The notes below the pieces were generated by a model. It worked only from the letters and a program-made list of their open reading frames with translations. It did not search any database and was not told the DNA's origin. This document shows positions 20,748 to 21,123 of a stretch of 21,123 nt of DNA, piece after piece (position 1 is the first letter of the stretch; each line of letters starts with the position of its first letter). This DNA comes from Deltaproteobacteria bacterium (GTDB taxonomy: Bacteria > Myxococcota_A > UBA9160 > SMWR01): assembly GCA_032128375.1 (NCBI GenBank), contig JAQBGU010000130.1:1-21123 (forward strand), read 5' to 3'. The position numbers were made by a program, and so were the translations under genes.

Positions 20748-20972
20748 GGGCACTGTAAGACGACGTGGCATTTGGAGCCTTCATTCGGATCGCTCTCTTA
20801 GGTCGATCCGAGGCCCTGAGCGAGGCGATACGATGTCTTGCGAGTTTGGAAGCCGCTTACGAAGGCCTCAGCGACGTGTTGAAGGAACGAATCGACGGAC
20901 TCGTCGCCTCCACGACTTCATGGCCGCCCTCTGGGGCACAGCTGAAGAAAAGGATCAGGCGAAGATGAAGAT
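20748..20972 (+). pseudogene. Decayed internal fragment of a TauD/TfdA-family dioxygenase
   Basis: Collinear TauD-like blocks across frames: HCKTTWHLEPSFGSL, then GDTM, then ASLEAAYEGLSDVLKERIDGLVA, then HDF. It contains a stop (20799-20801) and at least two frameshifts. Confidence 0.75.
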
Positions 20973-21123
20973 GGAAAGAAGTACTCCCTCGCCGAGCTTT
21001 GGCGGACAAAGTGGATCGGGCCAGGCTAGAGTCCTTGACCAAGGTTTACGTTGACAAATGCGTCAAGTTTGGGTCGATTCCGGATCGAGAGCAAACTTCT
21101 ACGCTCCCTCGATCGAAGAATTC

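Overview
A GC-rich bacterial window; a Myxococcota/deltaproteobacterial-like origin is inferred from gene content only. In order it holds the 3' end of trpS, a membrane-anchored TPR-Ser/Thr kinase, a class I DAHP synthase, an MFS transporter, a DUF4328-like membrane protein, a SAM methyltransferase divergent from an Elp3-family radical SAM/KAT gene, clpB, two HtrA/DegP proteases, galK, a ThiE/TenI-family gene, a frameshifted ECF-sigma-like gene, a membrane-protein remnant, an alpha/beta hydrolase, a patatin and a decayed TauD fragment. Two signals stand out. (1) The methyltransferase next to Elp3 matches Trm9/ALKBH8 motifs along its length, suggesting a eukaryote/archaea-type two-step mcm5U34 tRNA modification pathway in a bacterium. 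(2) An unannotated 27-aa Tyr/Phe/Trp leader peptide with a complete pause/antiterminator/terminator attenuator precedes the DAHP synthase. There are also several 13-15 bp intergenic tandem repeats and two candidate leaderless stress promoters. Family assignments rest on recalled motifs, not database searches.
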